Below are positions 30,332 to 40,094 of a stretch of 64,000 nt of DNA, in pieces. Within the stretch, counting starts at the first letter, position 1. Each line of letters begins with the position of its first letter. The notes beneath the pieces were generated by a model. The model was not told the origin of the DNA. It worked only from the letters and a program-made list of their open reading frames with translations, and did not search any database. The stretch lies in assembly GCA_963765205.1 (NCBI GenBank), contig CAVXVB010000009.1, positions 1,056,001 through 1,120,000 of the forward strand, read 5' to 3'. The translations under genes and the position numbers were made by a program. The DNA is from an uncultured Verrucomicrobiae bacterium (GTDB lineage Bacteria > Verrucomicrobiota > Verrucomicrobiia > Opitutales > JABDGR01).

Positions 30332-32503
30332 ATGAAAAACAACTGCGTCCGCTTCCTTACCCTCTTTGTGCTGGCCGGTTTGGCCGGCTGCGCTTCCATT
30401 CCGCCCGCGCCCGTCGCCCAGCCGCGGCCGGTCGTGGACACCTACTTCGGCACGCCGGTGACCGATCAGTTCCGTTATTTTGAAAATGTGAAAACCAACC
30501 CGGAGGTGCAGGCGTGGTTCAAGGCCCAGGCCAACCACACGCGGGCGGTGCTCGACAGCATTCCGGGCCGCGCGGCGCTGCTGGATGAAATGCGCCAGCT
30601 CTCCAACGCCGCGCCCTACCGCGTCAGCGATTTGAGCGAGGTGCCGGGACGGATTTTCTACGAAGAGCGCAGGGCCGGCGAAAACCAGTTCAAACTCTAC
30701 ACGCGCGCGAGCGAGGACGCGCCGGAAACCATGCTGCTCGACCCCGACACGCTCAAGGGTGCGGACGGCGCGCCGGTGGCAATCAATTTCTACGCGCCGT
30801 CGCCGAATGGCCGCTACGTGGCCGTCGGCGTTTCGCACGGTGGTTCGGAAGACGCGACAATCCGCGTCCTCGAAGTCGCGACGGGTAAGGACCTCGGCCT
30901 GGCGATTGAGCGCGCGCGGTTCGGCTACGTCGGGTGGCGTGACGACGAAAGCGGCTTTTATTACAACCAGCTCAAGAAGCGCCCGGCCAACGCCGACCCG
31001 ACCCTGCTCTATCAGGACAGCCAAATCCGCTACCACCAACTGGGCACCGACCTGGCCAAGGACCGTTCGTCTTCGGCTCGGACGCGCCGGGTTCGCCGAA
31101 AATCCCGTCCGAAAAAATTCCGATGCTGGGCCTCGAGTACTGGCGACTCGCACGTTTATGGCGTCGTGGTGGATGGGGTGGAGCAGGAAATCACGGTTTA
31201 TGTCACGACCTACGCCGCGCTCGACGCCGGCACGCCCGATTGGAAAAAATTATTCGATCTGGACGACGACATCACGCAGTTCGTTGCACACGGCGATGAA
31301 CTCTATGTCCTGACCCATAAGGATGCCCCGCGCTACAAATTATTGCACACGAAAGCGAGCGCGCCCGATTTCGCCCACGCCGACGTGGTCATCCCGCCCG
31401 GCGAAGCCGTGATTGAGGACCTTGCCGAGGCGCGCGACGGACTTTATGTCACGTTGCTGGACGGCGGCATCAATCGCCTGCAGCGGGTGGCCTACACACC
31501 TGAAGCGAAACCGCAGGAAATTGACCTGCCACTCAAGGGCGGGCTGGACGACTTAGCAACCAACAGCCGCCTGGACGGCGCGAAGATGCACCTGACTTCG
31601 TGGGTGGATGTCGGCGGCTATTACGCTTACGACTCGACCACGAACGCGATGAGCGACACGCATCTGCAGCCGCGCGGGCCATACGACCAGCCCGGCGACT
31701 TGGTGGCCGAGGAAGTGCGCGTGCCCGCCGCCGACGGCGTGATGATTCCGATGTCCATCGTGCATAGAAAAGACATGCCGCTCGACGGCACGAACCCCTG
31801 CTGGCTCGAAGCTTACGGCTCCTACGGCATCGTGGATGACGTGTATTACAGCCCGATTTTCAAGCCCTGGTATGATCGCGGCGGCATTTACGCCATCGCC
31901 CATGTGCGCGGCGGCGGCGCGTTTGGCGAGGAATGGCATATCGCCGGCCAGAAACTCAATAAACCCAACACCTGGAAGGACCTCATCGCCTGCGCGCAAT
32001 GGCTCATCGCGCACCGTTACACGGAGACGCCCAAGCTCGGCATCAACGGCGGCAGCGCGGGCGGCATCACCGTCGGCCGCGCAATGACGGAGCGGCCGGA
32101 TCTCTTCGGCGCAGTCGTGGGCGACGTGGGCATGTTCAACGCCGTGCGCGCGGAAACAGATTCCAACGGCGTGCCCAACATTTCCGAATTCGGCACCGTC
32201 ACCGACCCGGATGGCTTCAAGGGCTTATACGAAATGGACGCCTACCTGCACGTCCAGGACGGCGTCAAATATCCGCCCACCCTGCTGACTACCGGCATCA
32301 ACGACCCGCGCGTGCCGCCCTGGATGCCAGGCAAGTTCGCCGCGCGTCTGCAGCAGGTCGGCGCACCGCTGGTGCTGTTGCGCGTGGATTACGAGGCCGG
32401 CCATGGCATCGGCTCGACCCGCGAGCAAGTCCTCGAAGAATACGCCGATACGATGGCGTTTTATTTCTGGCAATTCGGCGTGCCGGGCTTTCAGCCGAAG
32501 TGA
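30332..32503 (+). CDS. Prolyl oligopeptidase (S9A) lipoprotein
   Basis: LAGC lipobox; YGSYG, HVRGGG..GE.WH, GGSAGG nucleophile, NDPRV, AGHG; short out-of-frame patch ~31065-31140. Confidence 0.93.
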   Translation: MKNNCVRFLTLFVLAGLAGCASIPPAPVAQPRPVVDTYFGTPVTDQFRYFENVKTNPEVQAWFKAQANHTRAVLDSIPGRAALLDEMRQLSNAAPYRVSDLSEVPGRIFYEERRAGENQFKLYTRASEDAPETMLLDPDTLKGADGAPVAINFYAPSPNGRYVAVGVSHGGSEDATIRVLEVATGKDLGLAIERARFGYVGWRDDESGFYYNQLKKRPANADPTLLYQDSQIRYHQLGTDLAKDRSSSARTRRVRRKSRPKKFRCWASSTGDSHVYGVVVDGVEQEITVYVTTYAALDAGTPDWKKLFDLDDDITQFVAHGDELYVLTHKDAPRYKLLHTKASAPDFAHADVVIPPGEAVIEDLAEARDGLYVTLLDGGINRLQRVAYTPEAKPQEIDLPLKGGLDDLATNSRLDGAKMHLTSWVDVGGYYAYDSTTNAMSDTHLQPRGPYDQPGDLVAEEVRVPAADGVMIPMSIVHRKDMPLDGTNPCWLEAYGSYGIVDDVYYSPIFKPWYDRGGIYAIAHVRGGGAFGEEWHIAGQKLNKPNTWKDLIACAQWLIAHRYTETPKLGINGGSAGGITVGRAMTERPDLFGAVVGDVGMFNAVRAETDSNGVPNISEFGTVTDPDGFKGLYEMDAYLHVQDGVKYPPTLLTTGINDPRVPPWMPGKFAARLQQVGAPLVLLRVDYEAGHGIGSTREQVLEEYADTMAFYFWQFGVPGFQPK

Positions 32504-32574
32504 AATAAATGGAAGATGGAAAATAGAAGATGGAAAAAGCCGGATGCTCGCAGAAATATTTTTAAAATATTTTA

Positions 32575-32663
32575 ACCACAAAAAACGCAAAAGACTCAAA
32601 ATAAACACTCAACGAGACCCCTGCATTGTCTCTTCTATGCGTCTTTTGCGTTTTTGTTGTGGT
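32575..32663. repeat. Triplet-unit palindrome (ACCACAAAA type)
   Basis: ACCACAAAA-AACGCAAAA-GACTCAAAA ... GCGTC-TTTTGCGTT-TTTGTTGTGGT. Confidence 0.8.
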
Positions 32664-32687
32664 AATGACTTACCCCACATACCCAGA

Positions 32688-33917
32688 ATGAAAATTACGA
32701 ACGTTGAGGGAATTTTGCTCTCCTGCCCGCTGCCGGCTCCGCTGCGGCTGCCGTTTTATAACGGCGAACGCACGATTTTGAAGCGCGACGCCATGCTCAT
32801 CCGCGTGCGTGCGGACAATGGGCTTACGGGCTACGCGCCCGGCCCCGCGCATGAGCGCGCCGCGCGGGAGATCCACGAAACGATCCGGCCGTTTCTGCTC
32901 GGCCAGGACCCGCGGAAATGGGAGACGCTCGCCTTTCGCGGCGACTTGGAAATCACCAAGACCTACCGTGCCGTGGAAATCGCGCTGATGGATTTGGCGG
33001 CGAAGGACGCGGGGTGCCCGCTTTCGGAATTGATTGGTGGCCGGAAGCGCGACCGCATCAAGCTCTATGGCAGCGCGGGCATGTATATGGCGCCGGAAAG
33101 GTATGCCGAGGAGGCCGCGGCCGTCGCCGGGATGGGCTTTCCCGCTTATAAAATGCGCCCGGCGCGCGGCCCCGACCAGGATTTGGAGACGGTGGCGCTC
33201 ATGCGGAAAGCCACCGGCCCGCAATTCGGCCTGATGATTGACGCGCACTCCTGGTGGCGCATGGGCGACAAGAGTTATTCCGCGGAAACCATCAGCCAGC
33301 TTGCCCGCGCGATGGCGCGGTATCAGCCAACCTGGCTCGAAGAACCCCTGCCGCCGGACGACCACGCCGCCTACCGGAAATTGCGCGCGGCCAAAATTCT
33401 CCCCATTGCCACCGGCGAGCACGAGCAGGAGGAGTCCGGCTTCACCGATTTGATGGAGACGCACGCGGCGGACTACATCCAGATGGATGTGTGCTGCCAG
33501 GGCGGATTCGCAATGGGCCAACGTGTTTTCGCGGGCGTGGCGAAGCACGGGCTGCGGTTCGCCTTCCATAGCTGGGGGACGACGCTCGAAGTCCTCGCCG
33601 CCGCGCACCTGGGCATTTGCTGGCCAGAAAACGTGGTCGAATGGCTTGAATACCCTTGCCACGCGAACAATGGCCGGCCCGGCATGTATCCCTTCCCACT
33701 GGCCGATGAAATTTTGCGCGAGCCGCTCGTGATCGAAAACGGCCATTTGGTCGTGCCCAAGACGCCCGGCCTGGGCGTGGAAATTGATGAGCGCGTGATT
33801 GAAAAATACCCATTCCAGCCCGGCCCGTGGTCGTTTTTCAAAATCAACTCCCCGCCGGAAACGGTCGCCGTCACCGGCGACCACAGCGTGAAGTGGGTCG
33901 AGGCGGAGGCGAAGTGA
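32688..33917 (+). CDS. Mandelate racemase/muconate-lactonizing enzyme (enolase superfamily)
   Basis: EIALMDL..K, LIGG..RD.I.LYGS, LMIDAH, WLEEP, IATGE, PGLGVEID. Confidence 0.93.
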   Translation: MKITNVEGILLSCPLPAPLRLPFYNGERTILKRDAMLIRVRADNGLTGYAPGPAHERAAREIHETIRPFLLGQDPRKWETLAFRGDLEITKTYRAVEIALMDLAAKDAGCPLSELIGGRKRDRIKLYGSAGMYMAPERYAEEAAAVAGMGFPAYKMRPARGPDQDLETVALMRKATGPQFGLMIDAHSWWRMGDKSYSAETISQLARAMARYQPTWLEEPLPPDDHAAYRKLRAAKILPIATGEHEQEESGFTDLMETHAADYIQMDVCCQGGFAMGQRVFAGVAKHGLRFAFHSWGTTLEVLAAAHLGICWPENVVEWLEYPCHANNGRPGMYPFPLADEILREPLVIENGHLVVPKTPGLGVEIDERVIEKYPFQPGPWSFFKINSPPETVAVTGDHSVKWVEAEAK

Positions 33918-33977
33918 TGGCGGGCTTAAATTTTGGGAATTATCCCTTGGCTTAATGGAAGCTCTGGTCAGGAATTT

Positions 33978-34074
33978 CTCGCGCAGAGTCGCAGAGACGC
34001 AGAGGAAGAAATGATTACGGGGTGCAAGTTTTTTGCTGAATTCTTTACTCTGCGTCTCTGCGACTCTGCGCGAG
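33978..34074. repeat. Triplet-unit palindrome (CGCAGAG type)
   Basis: CTCGCGCAGAG-TCGCAGAG-ACGCAGAG ... CTCTGCGT-CTCTGCGA-CTCTGCGCGAG (perfect IR). Confidence 0.9.
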
Positions 34075-34122
34075 TTTTTTCCGGTTGTGGCGGATAACTG
34101 TTTTGTGGGCACAATCACCAAT

Positions 34123-34824
34123 CTAGGGCGAGGCGGTCGCCGTCGTGGTGCCTTCGGGCAGCGGAGCCCGCCGGGTTGCATTAACCAGCATGCCGAACGA
34201 GTCCCGGGCGAGATACCATTGGCCGTCTTTTTGGTAAAAAATCACGTTAATGGTATTTAAAGTCGCCAGCTCCTCGGGTGTAAAATTATACCTTGGATAT
34301 GTGATCGCCCCTAACATGGTCGTGTCCTGAAAGTAGACACGGTCTGGAGTGGACAACGGCATGGGCGTCTGATCTTGAAACGATTCAAAGGCGCGCGCCA
34401 ACATTTGCAGCCATACTGCCCCGTGCGGTCCGGCTTGCTCCCACTCCAGCGATTGCTTTGCTTCCTTGGCCGGCTCCGGCTCCATATATTGGGCCATGCC
34501 GTCGAAGTCGCCCGCTTCAATTAGGCGGGCTATCTGCCCCGCCATTTCCCGCAAAGCCACCGTGTCCGCCTCGGAGACGCCTGGGGCGGTCGTGACAGGC
34601 ACCACCGGGCCAGGCAGTGCGATTGTGTGTGATGTCGGAACCTTCTCTGGCGGCGCAACCAGAACCGGCAGGTCGGGCTTCATCTCCGCGAACGTGACAG
34701 GCTTGGGCGCGGTTGTGGTGGGTGGCGGCGCGCTGGCGGCGGGGTGCTTCCAGATTAAAGGTGTCAACACGGCAACCAAAACCAGGAGCACCATGGCAGC
34801 CATGACTTTGGTTCGCGTGCGCAT
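34123..34824 (-). CDS. Membrane-anchored protein; free-standing paralogue of the ECF C-terminal module
   Basis: N-terminal TM, Pro-rich linker, domain sharing SFQDQTP and KDGQWY with the ECF extension (SLKDQTP, IDGKWY). Confidence 0.7.
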   Translation of the reverse strand: MRTRTKVMAAMVLLVLVAVLTPLIWKHPAASAPPPTTTAPKPVTFAEMKPDLPVLVAPPEKVPTSHTIALPGPVVPVTTAPGVSEADTVALREMAGQIARLIEAGDFDGMAQYMEPEPAKEAKQSLEWEQAGPHGAVWLQMLARAFESFQDQTPMPLSTPDRVYFQDTTMLGAITYPRYNFTPEELATLNTINVIFYQKDGQWYLARDSFGMLVNATRRAPLPEGTTTATASP

Positions 34825-34903
34825 AATGTCCCCTGGTTTGAAATGAAATGGCTTAAAGTGAAAGGTAACAGGCCTAAGGTAGTAATTATGGAAAACTACT
34901 CGT

Positions 34904-36400
34904 CTATTGTGAATGGCCGTCAGTAGCTGATCCTCTGACTGTATCTTTTTGAGGATTCTGAGTAGGAGTAACCGGCTCTTTTGCCGTAGCAGGCACGGCG
35001 TCTTTCGCGGGGTCGGGTTCTTCGAACAGGACAACCCCCTGGTCAATGGACAGGATTTTTTTGCCCTTGAGGAAGCCGGCAGGAACCACGTTTACTTCCG
35101 TCGGCGGGTTGGCCCCGTCCCAGGTGGCTATGGTTCCATCGGAGCACACGATTAAATCGGGGTAGAAAAAGCCAGTAACCGTCTTGCCTTCGAGCGCGCC
35201 GGTTCCGCTCAGTATTCGTGGCTTTGAAGTGGCTGCATCCGGCGTTTCCCACACGACCAGCGTGCCATCAGTATATAATACGAGTGCGGCCGAACCAGAG
35301 GAGGAGTAGAAGCGCTCGATGGTTTTACCCGCCAGCAGGTCGTCCGGGTCGGGCTCGGCGAATAATGTAAATGTCGGAGGCGGAACCTTTGGCTGCAGCG
35401 GCACGACGAGCGGCTGGACTAAAGGCGAGGGAACCGCCTCGCAATTCGGCCAATGTTCCGTCGGAACATAATGCCACAAAGTGCCCATAATATTCACCCA
35501 TTGAGGTAACCGTTTTCCCTTTGAGCACGCCTTGGTTGTAGATGCGGGGGGGGATTTGCCAATCATCATAATCATGGTGCCATCGGTGCAGAAAAACCAA
35601 TCACCGCACACATTAACGAATTTTTTGCCCTTAAGCCGGTCATCATCAAACAGTGTTAGCCTGGGAATAAATTCCTTCTGCGAACCTCCGGTTCCCCATG
35701 TAAAAAGCGAGCCGTCCGAACACAGCACATAATGTCCGATGGCCGTCACTTTTTTGCCTTTCATCGCCTCCCGAGTGTCCACTAACACTGGGACAAAGCC
35801 GGCCGCATCTTGATTTGGACCCCAGGCGGCCAAGGTACCGTCGGAGCACAGCATCAGAATCCTGTCTTCTCCCCCGTCTATGGCCGTGACGGTTTTCCCC
35901 TTCAGCACCCCGGAGGTGTCAACTAGGTAGGGGCTGAGAAAAGTTCCTCCACGAGACAAGGACGGCAAAACAGCGATGTGCGTCGTCCCCGGTGCAAAGA
36001 CGGGGAGTGAATAAACTTTCCCGGGCGGATGCTGCGCAATCCAGGCTTTAATGTATTGCTGATCAAGCGAGCTAAATAGCATTTTTGCTGGATCGTTCGG
36101 CTTGTGGTATCCAATCTCCCTAGAGACGAGGAAATCAACCTGAGCATTCGGGAAATCAATTTCGCCTCTCGGGTTCAGTTTATAATAGACGGCTTCAATG
36201 ACAGCGATATACCCGCCGCGATTCGTGTCAAACTGATGCACATCGGCTGGGACAATCGTGTGCATCGGCTCCAATTTGCTCACCATCAAGCCTTTTGTTG
36301 CTGCTAAGTCATCTGGATTGCTTTCCCCATGGGCGGTTGCCAAGGACAGCAATGCCAATCCAAGGACGGCCAAGTGACGGGCTATCGAACGGGGTATCAT
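34904..36400 (-). CDS. Secreted RCC1-like repeat protein (internal out-of-frame patch)
   Basis: Signal peptide; repeated L.GK.V......LCSDGT...WG units; one repeat lies in ORF 35325-35600. Confidence 0.75.
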   Translation of the reverse strand: MIPRSIARHLAVLGLALLSLATAHGESNPDDLAATKGLMVSKLEPMHTIVPADVHQFDTNRGGYIAVIEAVYYKLNPRGEIDFPNAQVDFLVSREIGYHKPNDPAKMLFSSLDQQYIKAWIAQHPPGKVYSLPVFAPGTTHIAVLPSLSRGGTFLSPYLVDTSGVLKGKTVTAIDGGEDRILMLCSDGTLAAWGPNQDAAGFVPVLVDTREAMKGKKVTAIGHYVLCSDGSLFTWGTGGSQKEFIPRLTLFDDDRLKGKKFVNVCGDWFFCTDGTMIMMIGKSPPASTTKACSKGKRLPQWVNIMGTLWHYVPTEHWPNCEAVPSPLVQPLVVPLQPKVPPPTFTLFAEPDPDDLLAGKTIERFYSSSGSAALVLYTDGTLVVWETPDAATSKPRILSGTGALEGKTVTGFFYPDLIVCSDGTIATWDGANPPTEVNVVPAGFLKGKKILSIDQGVVLFEEPDPAKDAVPATAKEPVTPTQNPQKDTVRGSATDGHSQ

Positions 36401-36514
36401 GGCGCTCAATGACCGAAAAAAGCTAATCTTACACCCATTTTGCCGAAAAACAATGGGAAATCTTAGGATGCTCCCGGTCAGTAGTGTCTTAGTTTTAGGA
36501 CAGAGGAAATTTTG

Positions 36515-36722
36515 GCCTCGCAAAGCGAGGCGACGAACTTAGCCGGGGGGTTTCAACCTCCGGACCCCCGCCATCCGGAACGGCGTCGCGTAGTGACGCT
36601 TGAATGGAGGGGATCATTGTGTTTGGAGGAATCGCAAGCGTCACTACGCGACGCATGGCGGAGGGGATTCCCTTCCCGTGGACTAAAAGTCCACGGCTAA
36701 TATCGAGTTGTCACTCCGTGAC
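36515..36722. mobile_element. Non-coding nested-palindrome element (MITE/REP-like)
   Basis: Perfect 20-bp IR 36583-36602/36635-36654 inside CCGCCAT/ATGGCGG and TTAGCCG/CGGCTAA IRs, plus subterminal hairpins. Confidence 0.65.
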
Positions 36723-36755
36723 TGCACAAAATCCGGGACACACCCGCCTTGCCGC

Positions 36756-37892
36756 TCAGGGCAGTTGGACGAGATACATTTTCTTCGGGTCGTCGTCGCC
36801 GAGGTGGGTGGCGGGGAGGCGGGCGTAATCGAGATAGAGGGGCGGCGCGAAATATGGCAGGTGGTTGCGGAGACGGGCTTCGCTCATGTCGTCGTAGAGC
36901 ATGCGGTCGAGCATGACGGGATTGGGGCTCATCAAGAGGAGGGGCAGCGAATCCGTATACAGGGAATTGAAGCGGGGGCCGCCGATGAATTGAAAGTGTT
37001 CGAGCGGGAGGAACGTCAGCACCCAGCCGCGCACCAGCTCGGGGACGGCGGCGATGTCGGCCACGGCCTCCGCGCCGGACTGGGGGTTGGCAAAGAAACG
37101 CTGGGTGTTGCTCGCCGCGAGCAAGGAGGCGTTGACGAGCGCGCCCTCCAGGCCGAAATCGCCGCCGTCCGTCCCCACCGGCAGGTTGATCCAAAAATCC
37201 ACATCGAGGAGCAAGGGCACGGGGAGCAGCGACCAGCGGGGGTCGGGGGCGAATTTCCATTCATATTTTTTTTGATCGGCAAGTTGCTCGCCCGCGTCGG
37301 CGGCGGGGAGGTTGCTGGGGTAGTTATACTTGGGGCTGTAATAGCGGCCGCGGTCGAAGGCGATGACCTGCACGCCATCGAAGCGGCCCTCGCCCTCGGG
37401 CGCGTCGAGGGGCAGAAAGCCCGCGGCGTGAAGGCGGTCCTCGTTTTGATCCGCGATGAACAACTCGTCGGGCTGGAAGCCGCGCGCCTCGAGCGCGGTG
37501 ATGAGGGCGTGCACCAGCGCGGGGGGCGTGGCCAGACCGGCGGTGTTAGTCATCACCTTGAGGCCGGCGCGGCGCTTGGGGCCGGGGACGAGCTTGCGGC
37601 CGAGGCGGCGCTCGTAGTCCGCCAAAAGAGCGTTCACCGCGGTCTGGTAATTGTTTTCGTCAAAACCGGGGAGCTGGTAGGCCCACATCCAGGAATGCGG
37701 GTCCCGGGGGTCGGGAAGGGCGGAAATTTCGAGCTTCGTGCTGGGGGTTACGAGCTGGAAGCCGGCAGCGGGAGACGCTGTAGCCGCCGGAGGTGCGGAG
37801 GGCGTGGGGGCAGCAGCCGGAGCAGCTGTGGTTTGCGCGCCGAGGCGAAGGGCCGCCAACGCCAGCAACAAGATGGCAAACTTGCGTCGCAT
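36756..37892 (-). CDS. Exported DUF362-like protein
   Basis: Signal peptide; GLKV...T.P.LV.ALI..L, DFWINLP, GALVN motifs. Confidence 0.7.
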   Translation of the reverse strand: MRRKFAILLLALAALRLGAQTTAAPAAAPTPSAPPAATASPAAGFQLVTPSTKLEISALPDPRDPHSWMWAYQLPGFDENNYQTAVNALLADYERRLGRKLVPGPKRRAGLKVMTNTAGLATPPALVHALITALEARGFQPDELFIADQNEDRLHAAGFLPLDAPEGEGRFDGVQVIAFDRGRYYSPKYNYPSNLPAADAGEQLADQKKYEWKFAPDPRWSLLPVPLLLDVDFWINLPVGTDGGDFGLEGALVNASLLAASNTQRFFANPQSGAEAVADIAAVPELVRGWVLTFLPLEHFQFIGGPRFNSLYTDSLPLLLMSPNPVMLDRMLYDDMSEARLRNHLPYFAPPLYLDYARLPATHLGDDDPKKMYLVQLP

Positions 37893-37907
37893 GGCAATTC
37901 CGCGCCG

Positions 37908-38981
37908 TTAGGAATGGTTCGTGTTCGGGTAACTGCCGAGCCACTTCACGAACGGGCATTCACGCCGCAATGCGGTGACGGCTTCCTGGATGACGGCGTC
38001 TTCCCAATGGCCCACGCAATCTATGAAGAAATAATAATGCCAAACCTTCTGGCGGCTGGGGCGCGACTCGATTTTGGAGAGGTTGACGCCGCGCGCGCTG
38101 AAGGGCTCGAGCGCCCGCAGGAGCGCGCCGGGCTGGTCGTGCAGGGAGAAGACGAGGCTGGTTTTGTCGCGGCCCGCGCCGAGCGGGGGCGAGACATTTT
38201 GGCCGAGGACAAGAAAACGCGTCACATTGTCGGCGCGGTCCTGGATGCCGGCGGCGACGATGGGCACGCCGTAAAGCTCGGCGGCGAGGCGGCTGGCGAC
38301 GGCGGCTGCGCCCGGCGTGTCACGCGCGCGGCGGACGGCTTCCGCCGTGCTGTCCATCGCCTCGGCGGGCGCGGCGGGCAGGTTGCGCCGCAGCCATTCG
38401 CGGCACTGGCCCAGCGCCTGGTCGCGTGAAAAGACGATTTTGATTTTGTCGAGCGGTTCTTTCGAGATCAGGCAGTGCTCAATGGGCAGGAAGACCTGCG
38501 CGACGATTTTCAATTCGGTCTCGACGAGCATGTCGAGCGAATGGAAGACCGCGCCCTCGGTGGAATTCTCGATGGGCACGACACCGTGGTCGGCCTCGCC
38601 GCGCTCGACAGCGGTGAAGACGTCGGGGATGGTGGCGCAGGGCTGGAAGCGCAGGCTGGAGCCGAAATTCTTCAGCGCGGCCTGGTGGGTGAAGGTGGCC
38701 TCAGGCCCGAGGTAGGCGACGGCGAGTTGCTTTTGCAGGGCCAGGGAGGCGGAGATGATTTCGCGGTAAATCGCCTTGAGCGCCGCGGCGGTGAGCGGGC
38801 CGGGGTTGGCGGCCATGAGGCGCTCGAAGACGGCCTCCTCGCGGCTGGGGACATAGGGGTGCGCGCCGTGCTTTTGCTTGGCGCGGCCGACCTCGTCGGC
38901 CAGGCGCACGCGCGCGTTGAGGCGCTCGATGATTTCGAGGTCCACCGCGTCAATCTGTTTGCGCAAGGAATCTAAATCCAT
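37908..38981 (-). CDS. pheA: Chorismate mutase/prephenate dehydratase
   Basis: LRKQIDAVD, YLGPEATFT, VPIENSTEG, DNVTRF, NLSKIESRPS, LGSYP. Confidence 0.97.
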   Translation of the reverse strand: MDLDSLRKQIDAVDLEIIERLNARVRLADEVGRAKQKHGAHPYVPSREEAVFERLMAANPGPLTAAALKAIYREIISASLALQKQLAVAYLGPEATFTHQAALKNFGSSLRFQPCATIPDVFTAVERGEADHGVVPIENSTEGAVFHSLDMLVETELKIVAQVFLPIEHCLISKEPLDKIKIVFSRDQALGQCREWLRRNLPAAPAEAMDSTAEAVRRARDTPGAAAVASRLAAELYGVPIVAAGIQDRADNVTRFLVLGQNVSPPLGAGRDKTSLVFSLHDQPGALLRALEPFSARGVNLSKIESRPSRQKVWHYYFFIDCVGHWEDAVIQEAVTALRRECPFVKWLGSYPNTNHS

Positions 38982-39009
38982 GAGAAAAAATAAAATCAAT
39001 CATGCAAAC

Positions 39010-39124
39010 ACTCAACATCCAACGCTCAACTCCCAACATCCAACATCGCATAAAGAACCGCCCAAGACTTTCGCAGTTTATTCATTGGATGTTGAAGGTT
39101 GGATGTTCGATGTTGGATGTTCAA
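39010..39124. repeat. Inverted pair of heptamer tracts (CAACATC / GATGTTG)
   Basis: Between scpB and pheA; mirrored 7-nt-period tracts around a spacer. Confidence 0.85.
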
Positions 39125-39128
39125 AGCA

Positions 39129-39968
<840 letters not shown>

Positions 39969-40094
39969 GGGGGAAAGCGCAAATTAGCTTTGTCATGCCG
40001 CCCAACAAGGCAACACTGAATCGTCGGGCATTATTGTAGCATATTCTGGTCTGGGCTTGTTTCCGAGTTCGACATTCTCCAATCTGTTTTACCC

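Noticed and set aside
34816..34843. dif-like site: CGTGCGCATAA matches the E. coli XerC arm at 10/11
   Set aside because: The XerD arm (CTGGTTTGAAA vs TTATGTTAAAT) matches poorly, the site overlaps a start codon, and the window appears origin-proximal
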